Shown piece after piece: positions 24,986 through 39,698 of a stretch of DNA of 64,000 nt. The position numbers and the translations under genes are program-made. This DNA is from Octopus vulgaris (Eukaryota). The DNA is taken from positions 87,358,001 to 87,422,000 of the forward strand of contig OX597822.1 in NCBI GenBank assembly GCA_951406725.2, given 5' to 3'. Below the pieces are notes generated by a model. The model ran no database searches and was not told where the DNA came from. It was given only the letters and a program-made list of their open reading frames with translations. Position 1 is the stretch's first letter; each line of letters opens with the position of its first letter.

Positions 24986-27900
24986 CCTGTAAATCAATAT
25001 GCAAAGATTCAAATAACCCTGATAAATTCAAATGGCACAAACATTAGTTTCCTTCACGAATGTCATAATGAAGAAAGTCAACTGTGTGCAGAAAGAATCA
25101 GAAGTCAGTACTTTCTTATGTTCTAATAAAACAATTTATTTTAAAGACTTTTAGAACTATGAACAATTGTGTGCAACAGGGACTTTTAATGTGTACAAGA
25201 GACGTCTATGGAGTGGATTTCTTCTACAGACCAGTCAAGTATTCTGAATGTTGAAATCAGCACTGGTACTGCAAATGCATTGTGGGATACTGTATTGTTG
25301 AAAGAGGAGAGTTCTGACTGCCATATTTTTCTGTCTGGCATGTATATATATATGTATGTATATATGTGATTGTTCAGTTTTATTTCAAGATTTCTTGCCA
25401 ATAGAGAAAGAGCTGGTTGCTAACCTACATCCAAGGCTCCTTCATTGGAATTTAAACATCAGCAACAGGGTATTTTTTTATGTATGTATGTATATGTGCA
25501 AATTTGTATGTTTTACTTTATGTATTCTTATGCATATAGCTACATATCTAGACATGCTCACATATATTTAAATGATAAACTTTGGGAAAGTTTTACAGAT
25601 TTTTACACTTCCAGTGATGGATTGGATCTGTAGCCTTCGAATTAGCTTTCTCCTTTTTGAATTTGAGAAGCCTAATTTCTCAAGATTGGTATTTAGGCAG
25701 TGCGTTACATATCACAGTGCCCCAATATTTACAGGTATGTTTGTATGTATATTTGTATGTACGTACATGTAGATAGTTCGCATTGGTTGATGGAAGAAAG
25801 AGAGGGAAAGAGAGATTAGGAAAGAAGGAATATTCTGTAAGAAATGTCTTGTATTTACACCTGTACTATAACTAAGCTGGGGCAAAATAACAATGGAAAT
25901 TTGGTGAGTTATTTGGGTTGAACAAAATAAAATCGAAGAAAGCGAAGAGTTTTAAGAGTGACACAAGTAAATTCCGAGTGCAAATCCATAAAACAATGAA
26001 AAGAAGCTTGCAGAAGCATTCAGATTGAATCTAAACTTGTTAATAGTGTAGATATAATGGTTACATTCCATGCAAACCTATATGGTTTCTGTTGAACCCC
26101 CAACGAGCATTCAGACGAATCATCAGTGATATTTCAACAGCTCTTTGAAATTCTCTCACTCATTCACTCTTTCTTCCTCCTAAAACTAAAATAAGTTGCC
26201 AAATCGAGACCAATATAATCCTAATTCTGGACTATAGGAACAACAACTCATGTGAGTTCCTGTAAAACAAGGGGGGAAAAAGCAGCATTATTCATCAGTA
26301 TTTTCATGAATAAATACTTATAAAAAATCCCAGGCAACAGTGCCTGACATAAAATAAATCGAAATAAAAATGGATCAACAGAAAAATATACGACTCTGCA
26401 CTAAAAGGTTCTTGTGATAGGGAATGGAATTGTGGGAAAATTTTGAGTATGTCGCAGTACTCAGCACTCGAAATCCTTAGATTAGTATTCATAAAAGGCC
26501 ACAGCATATCAAGTTTCCATATTTAGCAGCGACAATCCTTAACAAGTGATTTTGGATCTTTTCGGTTTGAACGGCAGTTGGATCTTTTCGGTTTGAACGG
26601 CAGTTGGATCTTTTTGGTTTGAATGGCAGTTTTTTCTAGTGGTGTCATATGAAATTGTCACACATAATTATGACCCTAGTATCGATCTATTGCATTTCAA
26701 TCTATTTTAGGGTTAGGATTGGGGGTGGAGGAAGGGTATTTTTTTTTCTTCAGAAATGTAAATAAACCCAATCTGTTTCTTAAACGAGGGACATTTTCAT
26801 ATGGCACAGAATGTTTTCACCCCAATAGACGGTCATTGATTGGTTGAAATTGCAGAAATTGAAAAAAAAAAGCAACAAATATCTTACAAACTAGAATTTT
26901 CTCAATAAAGCGAAGAGAAAAAGATGTTTTATAAACACATTCTACCAGTATATGAAGTTTAAAAGTGTTTAGTTACATGGAAATTATTTTTAAAAACTGC
27001 TGTTCAAACCAAAAAGATCCTGGCAGTTTTTGAAAATAATTTCCATGTAACTAAACACTTTTAAACTTTGTATACTGGTAAAATGTGTTTATAAAATATC
27101 TTTTTCTCTTGGCTTTATTGAGAAAATTCTATAGTGGATCTTTTCCTTTTGAACGGCAGTTTTCAACACAATTTCTAGTTAACTAAAAACACTTTTAAAC
27201 TTCGTATACTGGTAGAATGTGTCAAAATAAAACATTTTTTTCTCTTGGCTTTCTTGAGAAAATTGTAATTTGTAAGTTTAACGTAGTTTAATTTTTCGAA
27301 TTTTAACCAATCAATGGCCTCTATTGAGCTAAAATCATTTGCTGTGTCTAAAACTGAGACAACATCCTGTCACTGTTATGTTTACATACGGAAAGCATGT
27401 GTATAAAATTATAGAATTATTTTGTTTGTTAATTGTTTGAATTATTTTCCATTGCTTTCGTTTTAGCCTTTCGGTTTTTTTTTCTTAAGCAATGGAAAAT
27501 AGTTTAAAGAAGACACGTGTATCTCAAAACAAAAACATAGCGAATAATTTTAGACACACACGTAACAATTAAATTAATTTAACAATTAAGAAAAAAGAAC
27601 GAAAGGCTAAAATTTAGGGTTAGGGTTTAGAGTACAGCGATATCTGGCACGATTGTTTGGATATTCACTCTTAACACGTCTAGGCAGGTTCAGGCACAAA
27701 ATATGCTGGTTGATGTAGCGTATGTCACAGGAGAATAACTTCTATCTTTCACGGCAACAGTGAATTCAACGTACTCGGATCACTGATTTGTAAATCAAAC
27801 ATCCATAAGCATTTCTACAAAACATTTTGTCTCCCATTGATGTAATCCACGCATTTTAACTAAACAAAAGACACTGAAATTTCAACCAGAAACTGGAATT

Positions 27901-30900
27901 CATAAACTATCTTGATGCAAAGTCAACTACAAGCTCACCTATAAACCCAAATAAAACCATCAATACTTCACCTCTGAAACAATTCTAACAAAACTATTTA
28001 GATATTAATTGCTGGCAAGGACATTGTATTTCGGTTGCAACTATGATGTAATACCAAGTATATTAGAGGTTTACAAGTCTTATCTTGTTAGCAGTGCAGT
28101 GTATTCACTTTTAAGTTTATCTGGCTCTGAATTCTATAGCTAAACTTAAAAGTATTAACATGTTGTATGATTCCTTTAAATTAATCATCACAGCCATCTA
28201 TATAGGTGGCAGCAGGCAAAAGAGCAGAAACTACACACTTCTATCATATTTCATCTACCAAAAGTTCTGAAAAATTTATTTGCATGAGATTTCTAGAGAA
28301 AAAGAAACCATTCCAATAATTCTTTCTACTATAGGCACAAGGCCTGAAATTTGGGGGGAGAGGGTAAGTCGATTATATTGACCCAAGTGCTCAACTGGTA
28401 CTTATTTTATCGACCCTGAAAGGATGAAAGGCAAAGTCGACCATGGTAGCATTTGAACTCAGAACGTGAAGGCAGACTAAACCATTCCAATAATGCTAAA
28501 CAGAATACTTTGAAGAATGTAAAGTATAATGCTTTGAGCTCTTGTTATTCAACAACGATTAAAGATAAAGGTGTTCTTCCGGTTGTTGTCAATAAACAAC
28601 GAGGGTACATGCGGTGTTGAGAGGGTTGGAATATGAAAGAGAGGAGGGGGGAAAAAACGAGTAGGAGACAATAAACAATAATAGGACGATAACTGAGCGT
28701 TGTTTCAAATGTTTTAAAAAAGAGAATAGTTAGCGTTGTGGTGAGTTCAACGCACAAAAAGATAATAACGATCAGATATACACAGCCGTAGTGGCAACTA
28801 TATCTGTCCACAGAACATTAAGCAACTAAACGAATGTGCACATTTATAAAACGTTGTAGAGACCAAGCCGCGATCAGCAGTCTTAGGATAGGAAAACTTA
28901 TAAATGGGACACACAAAAAAATAAAACAAGAAGGGGATCTTTTCGGTTTGAACGGCAGTTTTTCTAGCGGTGTCATGAAATTGTCACTCATAATTATGAC
29001 CCTAGAATCGATCTATTGCATTTCACTCTCTTTTAGGGTTAGGATCAGGGGTGGCGGAAGGGTATCTTTTTTTCTTCACAAATGTAAATAAACCCAATCT
29101 CAAATGAGGGACATATTCATACGACACAGAATGCTTTTTAACTCAATAGACGTCACTGATTGGTTGAAATTGAAGAAAAAAAACAACAAATATCTTACAA
29201 ACTATAGAATTTTCTCAATAAAGCCAAGAGAAAAAGATGTTTTATAAACACATTCTATCAGTATACGAAGTTTAAAATTTTTTAGTTACTTAGAAATTAT
29301 GTTAAAAACTGCCGTTCAACCCGAAAAGATCCCAAGAAGGAAGAAAGCAGAGTTCTGACGAATGAGAGAAGAGAGAGAGTGAGGGTACTGGAGCCAAACT
29401 AGTGAAACATGAAGAGGTGGTGTAGAAATGAGGTTCCATAAGTTGCCGAGATGAAATGTTACACTTAATATAAAGTTGGAAACGAAGACGTGTAGCTTTG
29501 TGGTTAGGGCTATTTAGCGCACGATCATAAGGTGGTATCCTAGAATAAGATGCTTAGTGTCCCTGAGCAAAGTTGTGCCTGTAATTCAAAGGACCAGCCT
29601 TGTCACATTATGTGTTATGCTGGATCACATTGAGAACTACGTTAAGGGTACACGTGTCTGTGGAGTGGTCAGGCCACTTGCACGTTTTAATTCTCCTAAT
29701 TTCACGAGCAGGCTGTTCCATTGATCGGATCAATTGGAGTACTCATCGTCGTAACCGACGGAGTGCTAGTTTTTTTTAAGGCTGGAAACAGTGCAGGGAA
29801 AAGTGGTGAAATATATTAAATGTGCATTTGGAGCCGCATAGAAGTGTGTAGTAGTTGATCTACGGGTAACATCGAGTGATGAAGCAAGTGAAGGTTTCAA
29901 ATTGAGTTTAATTCGGAGCAAGTGTACTTCCGACCAGGTCACACAGACTATTGTCCTTTTTTGGAAGAGAGAGGTGGGAAGTGAAGAAGAGTGGACAGAT
30001 GCGATCAGTTGCAAGCTGGACTGTAAGAAACGGGAATTGTGGAGGGTGGTGTACTGCAGTGATCGTATAACAGGGTGGATGGTGAGGAGAAAAGGAATTT
30101 AGTTGCAAGTTTGTAACATGTTGCAATGGTCCAGCTGATGGCTAAGGCTCCACCGTGGAGTTTGTCAGTAACGTATAGTGAGAGAAAAATGCCGTTGTAA
30201 TTTTTCGGTTTACACATACACAAACATACGCACACTTGCATATGCTCCACGAGTGCCCCACACAACAAAATTCTACATTTTGTTCGCTGCCGGTTCTTGA
30301 TTTTCTTTCAATTCTCCTCTGAAATCCCCTAACTTTGAAAATAAAAGCATAAAAACAACAACATCATCTCTTCTAGCCCACGTAATAGGTAGAATGGATA
30401 AATCCAGGCCAGAAATATCAAGTTTAAACAAAGCATCGAGATACAATTAAATAAACAGAAAAATGATGGAAAGGTTTGGCCTATAAGTTTGGTCGATAAG
30501 TCAGTCAATCATTCATTTTTTATTGCTATTGTTTACATTTTCACCAATACAAAAGCAGTTTGCTTACGCCATATATCTAACTGCTGGATATGTTTATACA
30601 GTGACAACCGTTTTTCATTTTGAATAGGAGACGACTGCTTTATGGCCTTTTTTTCTTTTTTAATGATGTGGCTTGGTTAAGTATTTGGTGAATATCTGTT
30701 CATGCAGCCTGATATTTCCCCATATGAAATCAAGCATTTAGTTTTCAATGAATCACGTTTATTAATAAAATAACATTACAAGCGCTGCTTGACGAAAGCT
30801 GTAATGCTATATACCAGAGGTGTTATTAATATACATGTTTGGTTAGAGGTGAGATCATTTTAACTTCGTGTTAAGGGGTGAGAAAGTTCTATACTTGTGG

Positions 30901-33900
30901 TAGATAGGTAGATGAAAAGATTCTTTCTATCCCATGGTCAAGTGACATGGCTGACCAAGAATCTTCTGCGTTTGTCTTTCTTCTCTGGAACTTCCGTGCT
31001 GCTCGTTTCCATTTGTGATTGTATTTTGGTGGGAAACTGCGTTGTAAATTTTGATTGAAACTTCCTGATCGTATGAATGCATCTGAAATGTGTTTGGCCA
31101 AAATGCAGACCTAAATTACCTGGTATGTTATGGCCTTTTCCTCATTATCGAAATAACAGGGGTGTATTGCGAACTACAGACGTGTGTTGGAAGTGATCAT
31201 GGGGTATTAAGTCCTTTCTGGTCATAGGCTGGGTAGAGCGTACTCTTGGATACAACTGTGTGGTCTTGCTGGTTTCCCGTGACCTGACGCTTGGAGGGAC
31301 TGTTGCCGATTGCACCACGGGGGTAGGAGAAACCATTATTTATGTCTCACTACTACACTAAGCACTAGCGTAGCTAGAATGTTTGCCGCCCTCGGGCCGC
31401 CACAAAAAAAAAAATCCATATTGCCTACAGCAGACCCAAAAGTGGTGCCGCCCGGTGCGGACGGCTCCCTCTAGCTACGCTAGTGACACTAAGTACCGCT
31501 ACAATGGGATGAGCAAACACAATACATTGACTCGGTTGTGATATTAGGGAAAGTCGATTCTATCATTTCAAATGGAGTCGCTCTATATCAGTCTCTTCGA
31601 TTAAGAGGCGTAAGTTTGTATACAATAACAGTGGCTTCGTTGAAAGTCTTGGATGTTTGCCCCCCCCCCCCCAGTGTGTGTGTGTACATACACTATTACG
31701 GAAACATGGGGAAGTTTATGTAAACACAATAACAAAGCATAATGGAAAAGGGGTTTAGCAAAAAATACGATAGTCAGTAATATGACGCGGTACAGAAAGT
31801 TATTAAAACCCCTGTAAATCAATCGTCGTGGCACTCCGATCAACGGAAAAGCCTACTCGTGAAATTAAAGTGCAAGTGACTTAGCACTCCACAGACACGT
31901 GTACCCTTAATGTAGTTTGAAATACTGGTACAACAGAAACAGAAAGTAAGAAAGAGTGAGAGAAAGTTGTGGTCAAAAAGTACAGCAGAATTCGCCACCA
32001 GCCCCTGCCAGAACCTCGTGGAGCTTTAGGTGTTTTCGCTCAATGAACACTCACAGCGCCCGCTCTGAGAATCGAAACCGCGATCCTACGACTGCAAGTC
32101 CGCTTCCCTAACCACTGGGCCATTGCGCCTCCCCTGTAAATCAATATGCAAAGATTCAAATAACCCTGATAAATTCAAATGGCACAAACATTAGTTTCCT
32201 TCACGAATGTCATAATGAAGAAAGTCAACTGTGTGCAGAAAGAATCAGAAGTCAGTACTTTCTTATGTTCTAATAAAACAATTTATTTTAAAGACTTTTA
32301 GAACTATGAACAATTGTGTGCAACAGGGACTTTTAATGTGTACAAGAGACGTCTATGGAGTGGATTTCTTCTACAGACCAGTCAAGTATTCTGAATGTTG
32401 AAATCAGCACTGGTACTGCAAATGCATTGTGGGATACTGTATTGTTGAAAGAGGAGAGTTCTGACTGCCATATTTTTCTGTCTGGCATGTATATATATAT
32501 GTATGTATATATGTGATTGTTCAGTTTTATTTCAAGATTTCTTGCCAATAGAGAAAGAGCTGGTTGCTAACCTACATCCAAGGCTCCTTCATTGGAATTT
32601 AAACATCAGCAACAGGGTATTTTTTTATGTATGTATGTATATGTGCAAATTTGTATGTTTTACTTTATGTATTCTTATGCATATAGCTACATATCTAGAC
32701 ATGCTCACATATATTTAAATGATAAACTTTGGGAAAGTTTTACAGATTTTTACACTTCCAGTGATGGATTGGATCTGTAGCCTTCGAATTAGCTTTCTCC
32801 TTTTTGAATTTGAGAAGCCTAATTTCTCAAGATTGGTATTTAGGCAGTGCGTTACATATCACAGTGCCCCAATATTTACAGGTATGTTTGTATGTATATT
32901 TGTATGTACGTACATGTAGATAGTTCGCATTGGTTGATGGAAGAAAGAGAGGGAAAGAGAGATTAGGAAAGAAGGAATATTCTGTAAGAAATGTCTTGTA
33001 TTTACACCTGTACTATAACTAAGCTGGGGCAAAATAACAATGGAAATTTGGTGAGTTATTTGGGTTGAACAAAATAAAATCGAAGAAAGCGAAGAGTTTT
33101 AAGAGTGACACAAGTAAATTCCGAGTGCAAATCCATAAAACAATGAAAAGAAGCTTGCAGAAGCATTCAGATTGAATCTAAACTTGTTAATAGTGTAGAT
33201 ATAATGGTTACATTCCATGCAAACCTATATGGTTTCTGTTGAACCCCCAACGAGCATTCAGACGAATCATCAGTGATATTTCAACAGCTCTTTGAAATTC
33301 TCTCACTCATTCACTCTTTCTTCCTCCTAAAACTAAAATAAGTTGCCAAATCGAGACCAATATAATCCTAATTCTGGACTATAGGAACAACAACTCATGT
33401 GAGTTCCTGTAAAACAAGGGGGAAAAAGCAGCATTATTCATCAGTATTTTCATGAATAAATACTTATAAAAAATCCCAGGCAACAGTGCCTGACATAAAA
33501 TAAATCGAAATAAAAATGGATCAACAGAAAAATATACGACTCTGCACTAAAAGGTTCTTGTGATAGGGAATGGAATTGTGGGAAAATTTTGAGTATGTCG
33601 CAGTACTCAGCACTCGAAATCCTTAGATTAGTATTCATAAAAGGCCACAGCATATCAAGTTTCCATATTTAGCAGCGACAATCCTTAACAAGTGATTTTG
33701 GATCTTTTCGGTTTGAACGGCAGTTGGATCTTTTCGGTTTGAACGGCAGTTGGATCTTTTTGGTTTGAATGGCAGTTTTTTCTAGTGGTGTCATATGAAA
33801 TTGTCACACATAATTATGACCCTAGTATCGATCTATTGCATTTCAATCTATTTTAGGGTTAGGATTGGGGGTGGAGGAAGGGTATTTTTTTTTTCTTCAG

Positions 33901-36900
33901 AAATGTAAATAAACCCAATCTGTTTCTTAAACGAGGGACATTTTCATATGGCACAGAATGTTTTCACCCCAATAGACGGTCATTGATTGGTTGAAATTGC
34001 AGAAATTGAAAAAAAAAAAGCAACAAATATCTTACAAACTAGAATTTTCTCAATAAAGCGAAGAGAAAAAGATGTTTTATAAACACATTCTACCAGTATA
34101 TGAAGTTTAAAAGTGTTTAGTTACATGGAAATTATTTTTAAAAACTGCTGTTCAAACCAAAAAGATCCTGGCAGTTTTTGAAAATAATTTCCATGTAACT
34201 AAACACTTTTAAACTTTGTATACTGGTAAAATGTGTTTATAAAATATCTTTTTCTCTTGGCTTTATTGAGAAAATTCTATAGTGGATCTTTTCCTTTTGA
34301 ACGGCAGTTTTCAACACAATTTCTAGTTAACTAAAAACACTTTTAAACTTCGTATACTGGTAGAATGTGTCAAAATAAAACATTTTTTTCTCTTGGCTTT
34401 CTTGAGAAAATTGTAATTTGTAAGTTTAACGTAGTTTAATTTTTCGAATTTTAACCAATCAATGGCCTCTATTGAGCTAAAATCATTTGCTGTGTCTAAA
34501 ACTGAGACAACATCCTGTCACTGTTATGTTTACATACGGAAAGCATGTGTATAAAATTATAGAATTATTTTGTTTGTTAATTGTTTGAATTATTTTCCAT
34601 TGCTTTCGTTTTAGCCTTTCGGTTTTTTTTTCTTAAGCAATGGAAAATAGTTTAAAGAAGACACGTGTATCTCAAAACAAAAACATAGCGAATAATTTTA
34701 GACACACACGTAACAATTAAATTAATTTAACAATTAAGAAAAAAAGAACGAAAGGCTAAAATTTAGGGTTAGGGTTTAGAGTACAGCGATATCTGGCACG
34801 ATTGTTTGGATATTCACTCTTAACACGTCTAGGCAGGTTCAGGCACAAAATATGCTGGTTGATGTAGCGTATGTCACAGGAGAATAACTTCTATCTTTCA
34901 CGGCAACAGTGAATTCAACGTACTCGGATCACTGATTTGTAAATCAAACATCCATAAGCATTTCTACAAAACATTTTGTCTCCCATTGATGTAATCCACG
35001 CATTTTAACTAAACAAAAGACACTGAAATTTCAACCAGAAACTGGAATTCATAAACTATCTTGATGCAAAGTCAACTACAAGCTCACCTATAAACCCAAA
35101 TAAAACCATCAATACTTCACCTCTGAAACAATTCTAACAAAACTATTTAGATATTAATTGCTGGCAAGGACATTGTATTTCGGTTGCAACTATGATGTAA
35201 TACCAAGTATATTAGAGGTTTACAAGTCTTATCTTGTTAGCAGTGCAGTGTATTCACTTTTAAGTTTATCTGGCTCTGAATTCTATAGCTAAACTTAAAA
35301 GTATTAACATGTTGTATGATTCCTTTAAATTAATCATCACAGCCATCTATATAGGTGGCAGCAGGCAAAAGAGCAGAAACTACACACTTCTATCATATTT
35401 CATCTACCAAAAGTTCTGAAAAATTTATTTGCATGAGATTTCTAGAGAAAAAGAAACCATTCCAATAATTCTTTCTACTATAGGCACAAGGCCTGAAATT
35501 TGGGGGGAGGGTAAGTCGATTATATTGACCCAAGTGCTCAACTGGTACTTATTTTATCGACCCTGAAAGGATGAAAGGCAAAGTCGACCATGGTAGCATT
35601 TGAACTCAGAACGTGAAGGCAGACTAAACCATTCCAATAATGCTAAACAGAATACTTTGAAGAATGTAAAGTATAATGCTTTGAGCTCTTGTTATTCAAC
35701 AACGATTAAAGATAAAGGTGTTCTTCCGGTTGTTGTCAATAAACAACGAGGGTACATGCGGTGTTGAGAGGGTTGGAATATGAAAGAGAGGAGGGGGAAA
35801 AAAACGAGTAGGAGACAATAAACAATAATAGGACGATAACTGAGCGTTGTTTCAAATGTTTTAAAAAAGAGAATAGTTAGCGTTGTGGTGAGTTCAACGC
35901 ACAAAAAGATAATAACGATCAGATATACACAGCCGTAGTGGCAACTATATCTGTCCACAGAACATTAAGCAACTAAACGAATGTGCACATTTATAAAACG
36001 TTGTAGAGACCAAGCCGCGATCAGCAGTCTTAGGATAGGAAAACTTATAAATGGGACACACAAAAAAATAAAACAAGAAGGGGATCTTTTCGGTTTGAAC
36101 GGCAGTTTTTCTAGCGGTGTCATGAAATTGTCACTCATAATTATGACCCTAGAATCGATCTATTGCATTTCACTCTCTTTTAGGGTTAGGATCAGGGGTG
36201 GCGGAAGGGTATCTTTTTTTCTTCACAAATGTAAATAAACCCAATCTCAAATGAGGGACATATTCATACGACACAGAATGCTTTTTAACTCAATAGACGT
36301 CACTGATTGGTTGAAATTGAAGAAAAAAAACAACAAATATCTTACAAACTATAGAATTTTCTCAATAAAGCCAAGAGAAAAAGATGTTTTATAAACACAT
36401 TCTATCAGTATACGAAGTTTAAAATTTTTTAGTTACTTAGAAATTATGTTAAAAACTGCCGTTCAACCCGAAAAGATCCCAAGAAGGAAGAAAGCAGAGT
36501 TCTGACGAATGAGAGAAGAGAGAGAGTGAGGGTACTGGAGCCAAACTAGTGAAACATGAAGAGGTGGTGTAGAAATGAGGTTCCATAAGTTGCCGAGATG
36601 AAATGTTACACTTAATATAAAGTTGGAAACGAAGACGTGTAGCTTTGTGGTTAGGGCTATTTAGCGCACGATCATAAGGTGGTATCCTAGAATAAGATGC
36701 TTAGTGTCCCTGAGCAAAGTTGTGCCTGTAATTCAAAGGACCAGCCTTGTCACATTATGTGTTATGCTGGATCACATTGAGAACTACGTTAAGGGTACAC
36801 GTGTCTGTGGAGTGGTCAGGCCACTTGCACGTTTTAATTCTCCTAATTTCACGAGCAGGCTGTTCCATTGATCGGATCAATTGGAGTACTCATTGTCGTA

Positions 36901-39698
36901 ACCGACGGAGTGCTAGTTTTTTTTAAGGCTGGAAACAGTGCAGGGAAAAGTGGTGAAATATATTAAATGTGCATTTGGAGCCGCATAGAAGTGTGTAGTA
37001 GTTGATCTACGGGTAACATCGAGTGATGAAGCAAGTGAAGGTTTCAAATTGAGTTTAATTCGGAGCAAGTGTACTTCCGACCAGGTCACACAGACTATTG
37101 TCCTTTTTTGGAAGAGAGAGGTGGGAAGTGAAGAAGAGTGGACAGATGCGATCAGTTGCAAGCTGGACTGTAAGAAACGGGAATTGTGGAGGGTGGTGTA
37201 CTGCAGTGATCGTATAACAGGGTGGATGGTGAGGGGAAAAGGAATTTAGTTGCAAGTTTGTAACATGTTGCAATGGTCCAGCTGATGGCTAAGGCTCCAC
37301 CGTGGAGTTTGTCAGTAACGTATAGTGAGAGAAAAATGCCGTTGTAATTTTTCGGTTTACACATACACAAACATACGCACACTTGCATATGCTCCACGAG
37401 TGCCCCACACAACAAAATTCTACATTTTGTTCGCTGCCGGTTCTTGATTTTCTTTCAATTCTCCTCTGAAATCCCCTAACTTTGAAAATAAAAGCATAAA
37501 AACAACAACATCATCTCTTCTAGCCCACGTAATAGGTAGAATGGATAAATCCAGGCCAGAAATATCAAGTTTAAACAAAGCATCGAGATACAATTAAATA
37601 AACAGAAAAATGATGGAAAGGTTTGGCCTATAAGTTTGGTCGATAAGTCAGTCAATCATTCATTTTTTATTGCTATTGTTTACATTTTCACCAATACAAA
37701 AGCAGTTTGCTTACGCCATATATCTAACTGCTGGATATGTTTATACAGTGACAACCGTTTTTCATTTTGAATAGGAGACGACTGCTTTATGGCCTTTTTT
37801 TCTTTTTTAATGATGTGGCTTGGTTAAGTATTTGGTGAATATCTGTTCATGCAGCCTGATATTTCCCCATATGAAATCAAGCATTTAGTTTTCAATGAAT
37901 CACGTTTATTAATAAAATAACATTACAAGCGCTGCTTGACGAAAGCTGTAATGCTATATACCAGAGGTGTTATTAATATACATGTTTGGTTAGAGGTGAG
38001 ATCATTTTAACTTCGTGTTAAGGGGTGAGAAAGTTCTATACTTGTGGTAGATAGGTAGATGAAAAGATTCTTTCTATCCCATGGTCAAGTGACATGGCTG
38101 ACCAAGAATCTTCTGCGTTTGTCTTTCTTCTCTGGAACTTCCGTGCTGCTCGTTTCCATTTGTGATTGTATTTTGGTGGGAAACTGCGTTGTAAATTTTG
38201 ATTGAAACTTCCTGATCGTATGAATGCATCTGAAATGTGTTTGGCCAAAATGCAGACCTAAATTACCTGGTATGTTATGGCCTTTTCCTCATTATCGAAA
38301 TAACAGGGGTGTATTGCGAACTACAGACGTGTGTTGGAAGTGATCATGGGGTATTAAGTCCTTTCTGGTCATAGGCTGGGTAGAGCGTACTCTTGGATAC
38401 AACTGTGTGGTCTTGCTGGTTTCCCGTGACCTGACGCTTGGAGGGACTGTTGCCGATTGCACCACGGGGGTAGGAGAAACCATTATTTATGTCTCACTAC
38501 TACACTAAGCACTAGCGTAGCTAGAATGTTTGCCGCCCTCGGGCCGCCACAAAAAAAAAATCCATATTGCCTACAGCAGACCCAAAAGTGGTGCCGCCCG
38601 GTGCGGACGGCTCCCTCTAGCTACGCTAGTGACACTAAGTACCGCTACAATGGGATGAGCAAACACAATACATTGACTCGGTTGTGATATTAGGGAAAGT
38701 CGATTCTATCATTTCAAATGGAGTCGCTCTATATCAGTCTCTTCGATTAAGAGGCGTAAGTTTATATACAATAACAGTGGCTTCGTTGAAAGTCTTGGAT
38801 GTTTGCCCCCCCCCCCCCCCAGTGTGTGTGTGTACATACACTATTACGGAAACATGGGGAAGTTTATGTAAACACAATAACAAAGCATAATGGAAAAGGG
38901 GTTTAGCAAAAAATACGATAGTCAGTAATATGACGCGGTACAGAAAGTTATTAAAACCCCTGTAAATCAATCGTCGTGGCACTCCGATCAACGGAAAAGC
39001 CTACTCGTGAAATTAAAGTGCAAGTGACTTAGCACTCCACAGACACGTGTACCCTTAATGTAGTTTGAAATACTGGTACAACAGAAACAGAAAGTAAGAA
39101 AGAGTGAGAGAAAGTTGTGGTCAAAAAGTACAGCAGAATTCGCCACCAGCCCCTGCCAGAACCTCGTGGAGCTTTAGGTGTTTTCGCTCAATGAACACTC
39201 ACAGCGCCCGCTCTGAGAATCGAAACCGCGATCCTACGACTGCAAGTCCGCTTCCCTAACCACTGGGCCATTGCGCCTCCCCTGTAAATCAATATGCAAA
39301 GATTCAAATAACCCTGATAAATTCAAATGGCACAAACATTAGTTTCCTTCACGAATGTCATAATGAAGAAAGTCAACTGTGTGCAGAAAGAATCAGAAGT
39401 CAGTACTTTCTTATGTTCTAATAAAACAATTTATTTTAAAGACTTTTAGAACTATGAACAATTGTGTGCAACAGGGACTTTTAATGTGTACAAACATTAA
39501 ATTTTAGACCTCAGTCTGACGAGAATAAATTGGAAGACATGAATAGATTTGGTTTCACTTACTACATATTTACATGAGTCCAACTGCCTTCAAAATGAAG
39601 CTGGATATAAATTCCGAGTGTAGGACAAAAGCCCCATGGTTATATTTTTCAGTTTTTTTTTGTTTTTTTTCACCTTTTACTTGTTTCAATCAGAATTT

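Larger units (their letters stand above)
18055..39493. repeat. Tandem triplication of a ~7147-bp unit (18055-25198, 25202-32345, 32349-39493)
   Basis: ORFs recur at offsets of 7145-7148. Each unit starts ACGTCTATGGAGTGG and ends TTAATGTGTACAA; both internal junctions carry an extra GAG. Confidence 0.97.

Noticed and set aside
18055-25198. Repeat unit as a Helitron rolling-circle array
   Set aside because: No 5' TC / 3' CTRR ends or terminal hairpin at the unit boundaries; the junction has filler bases.
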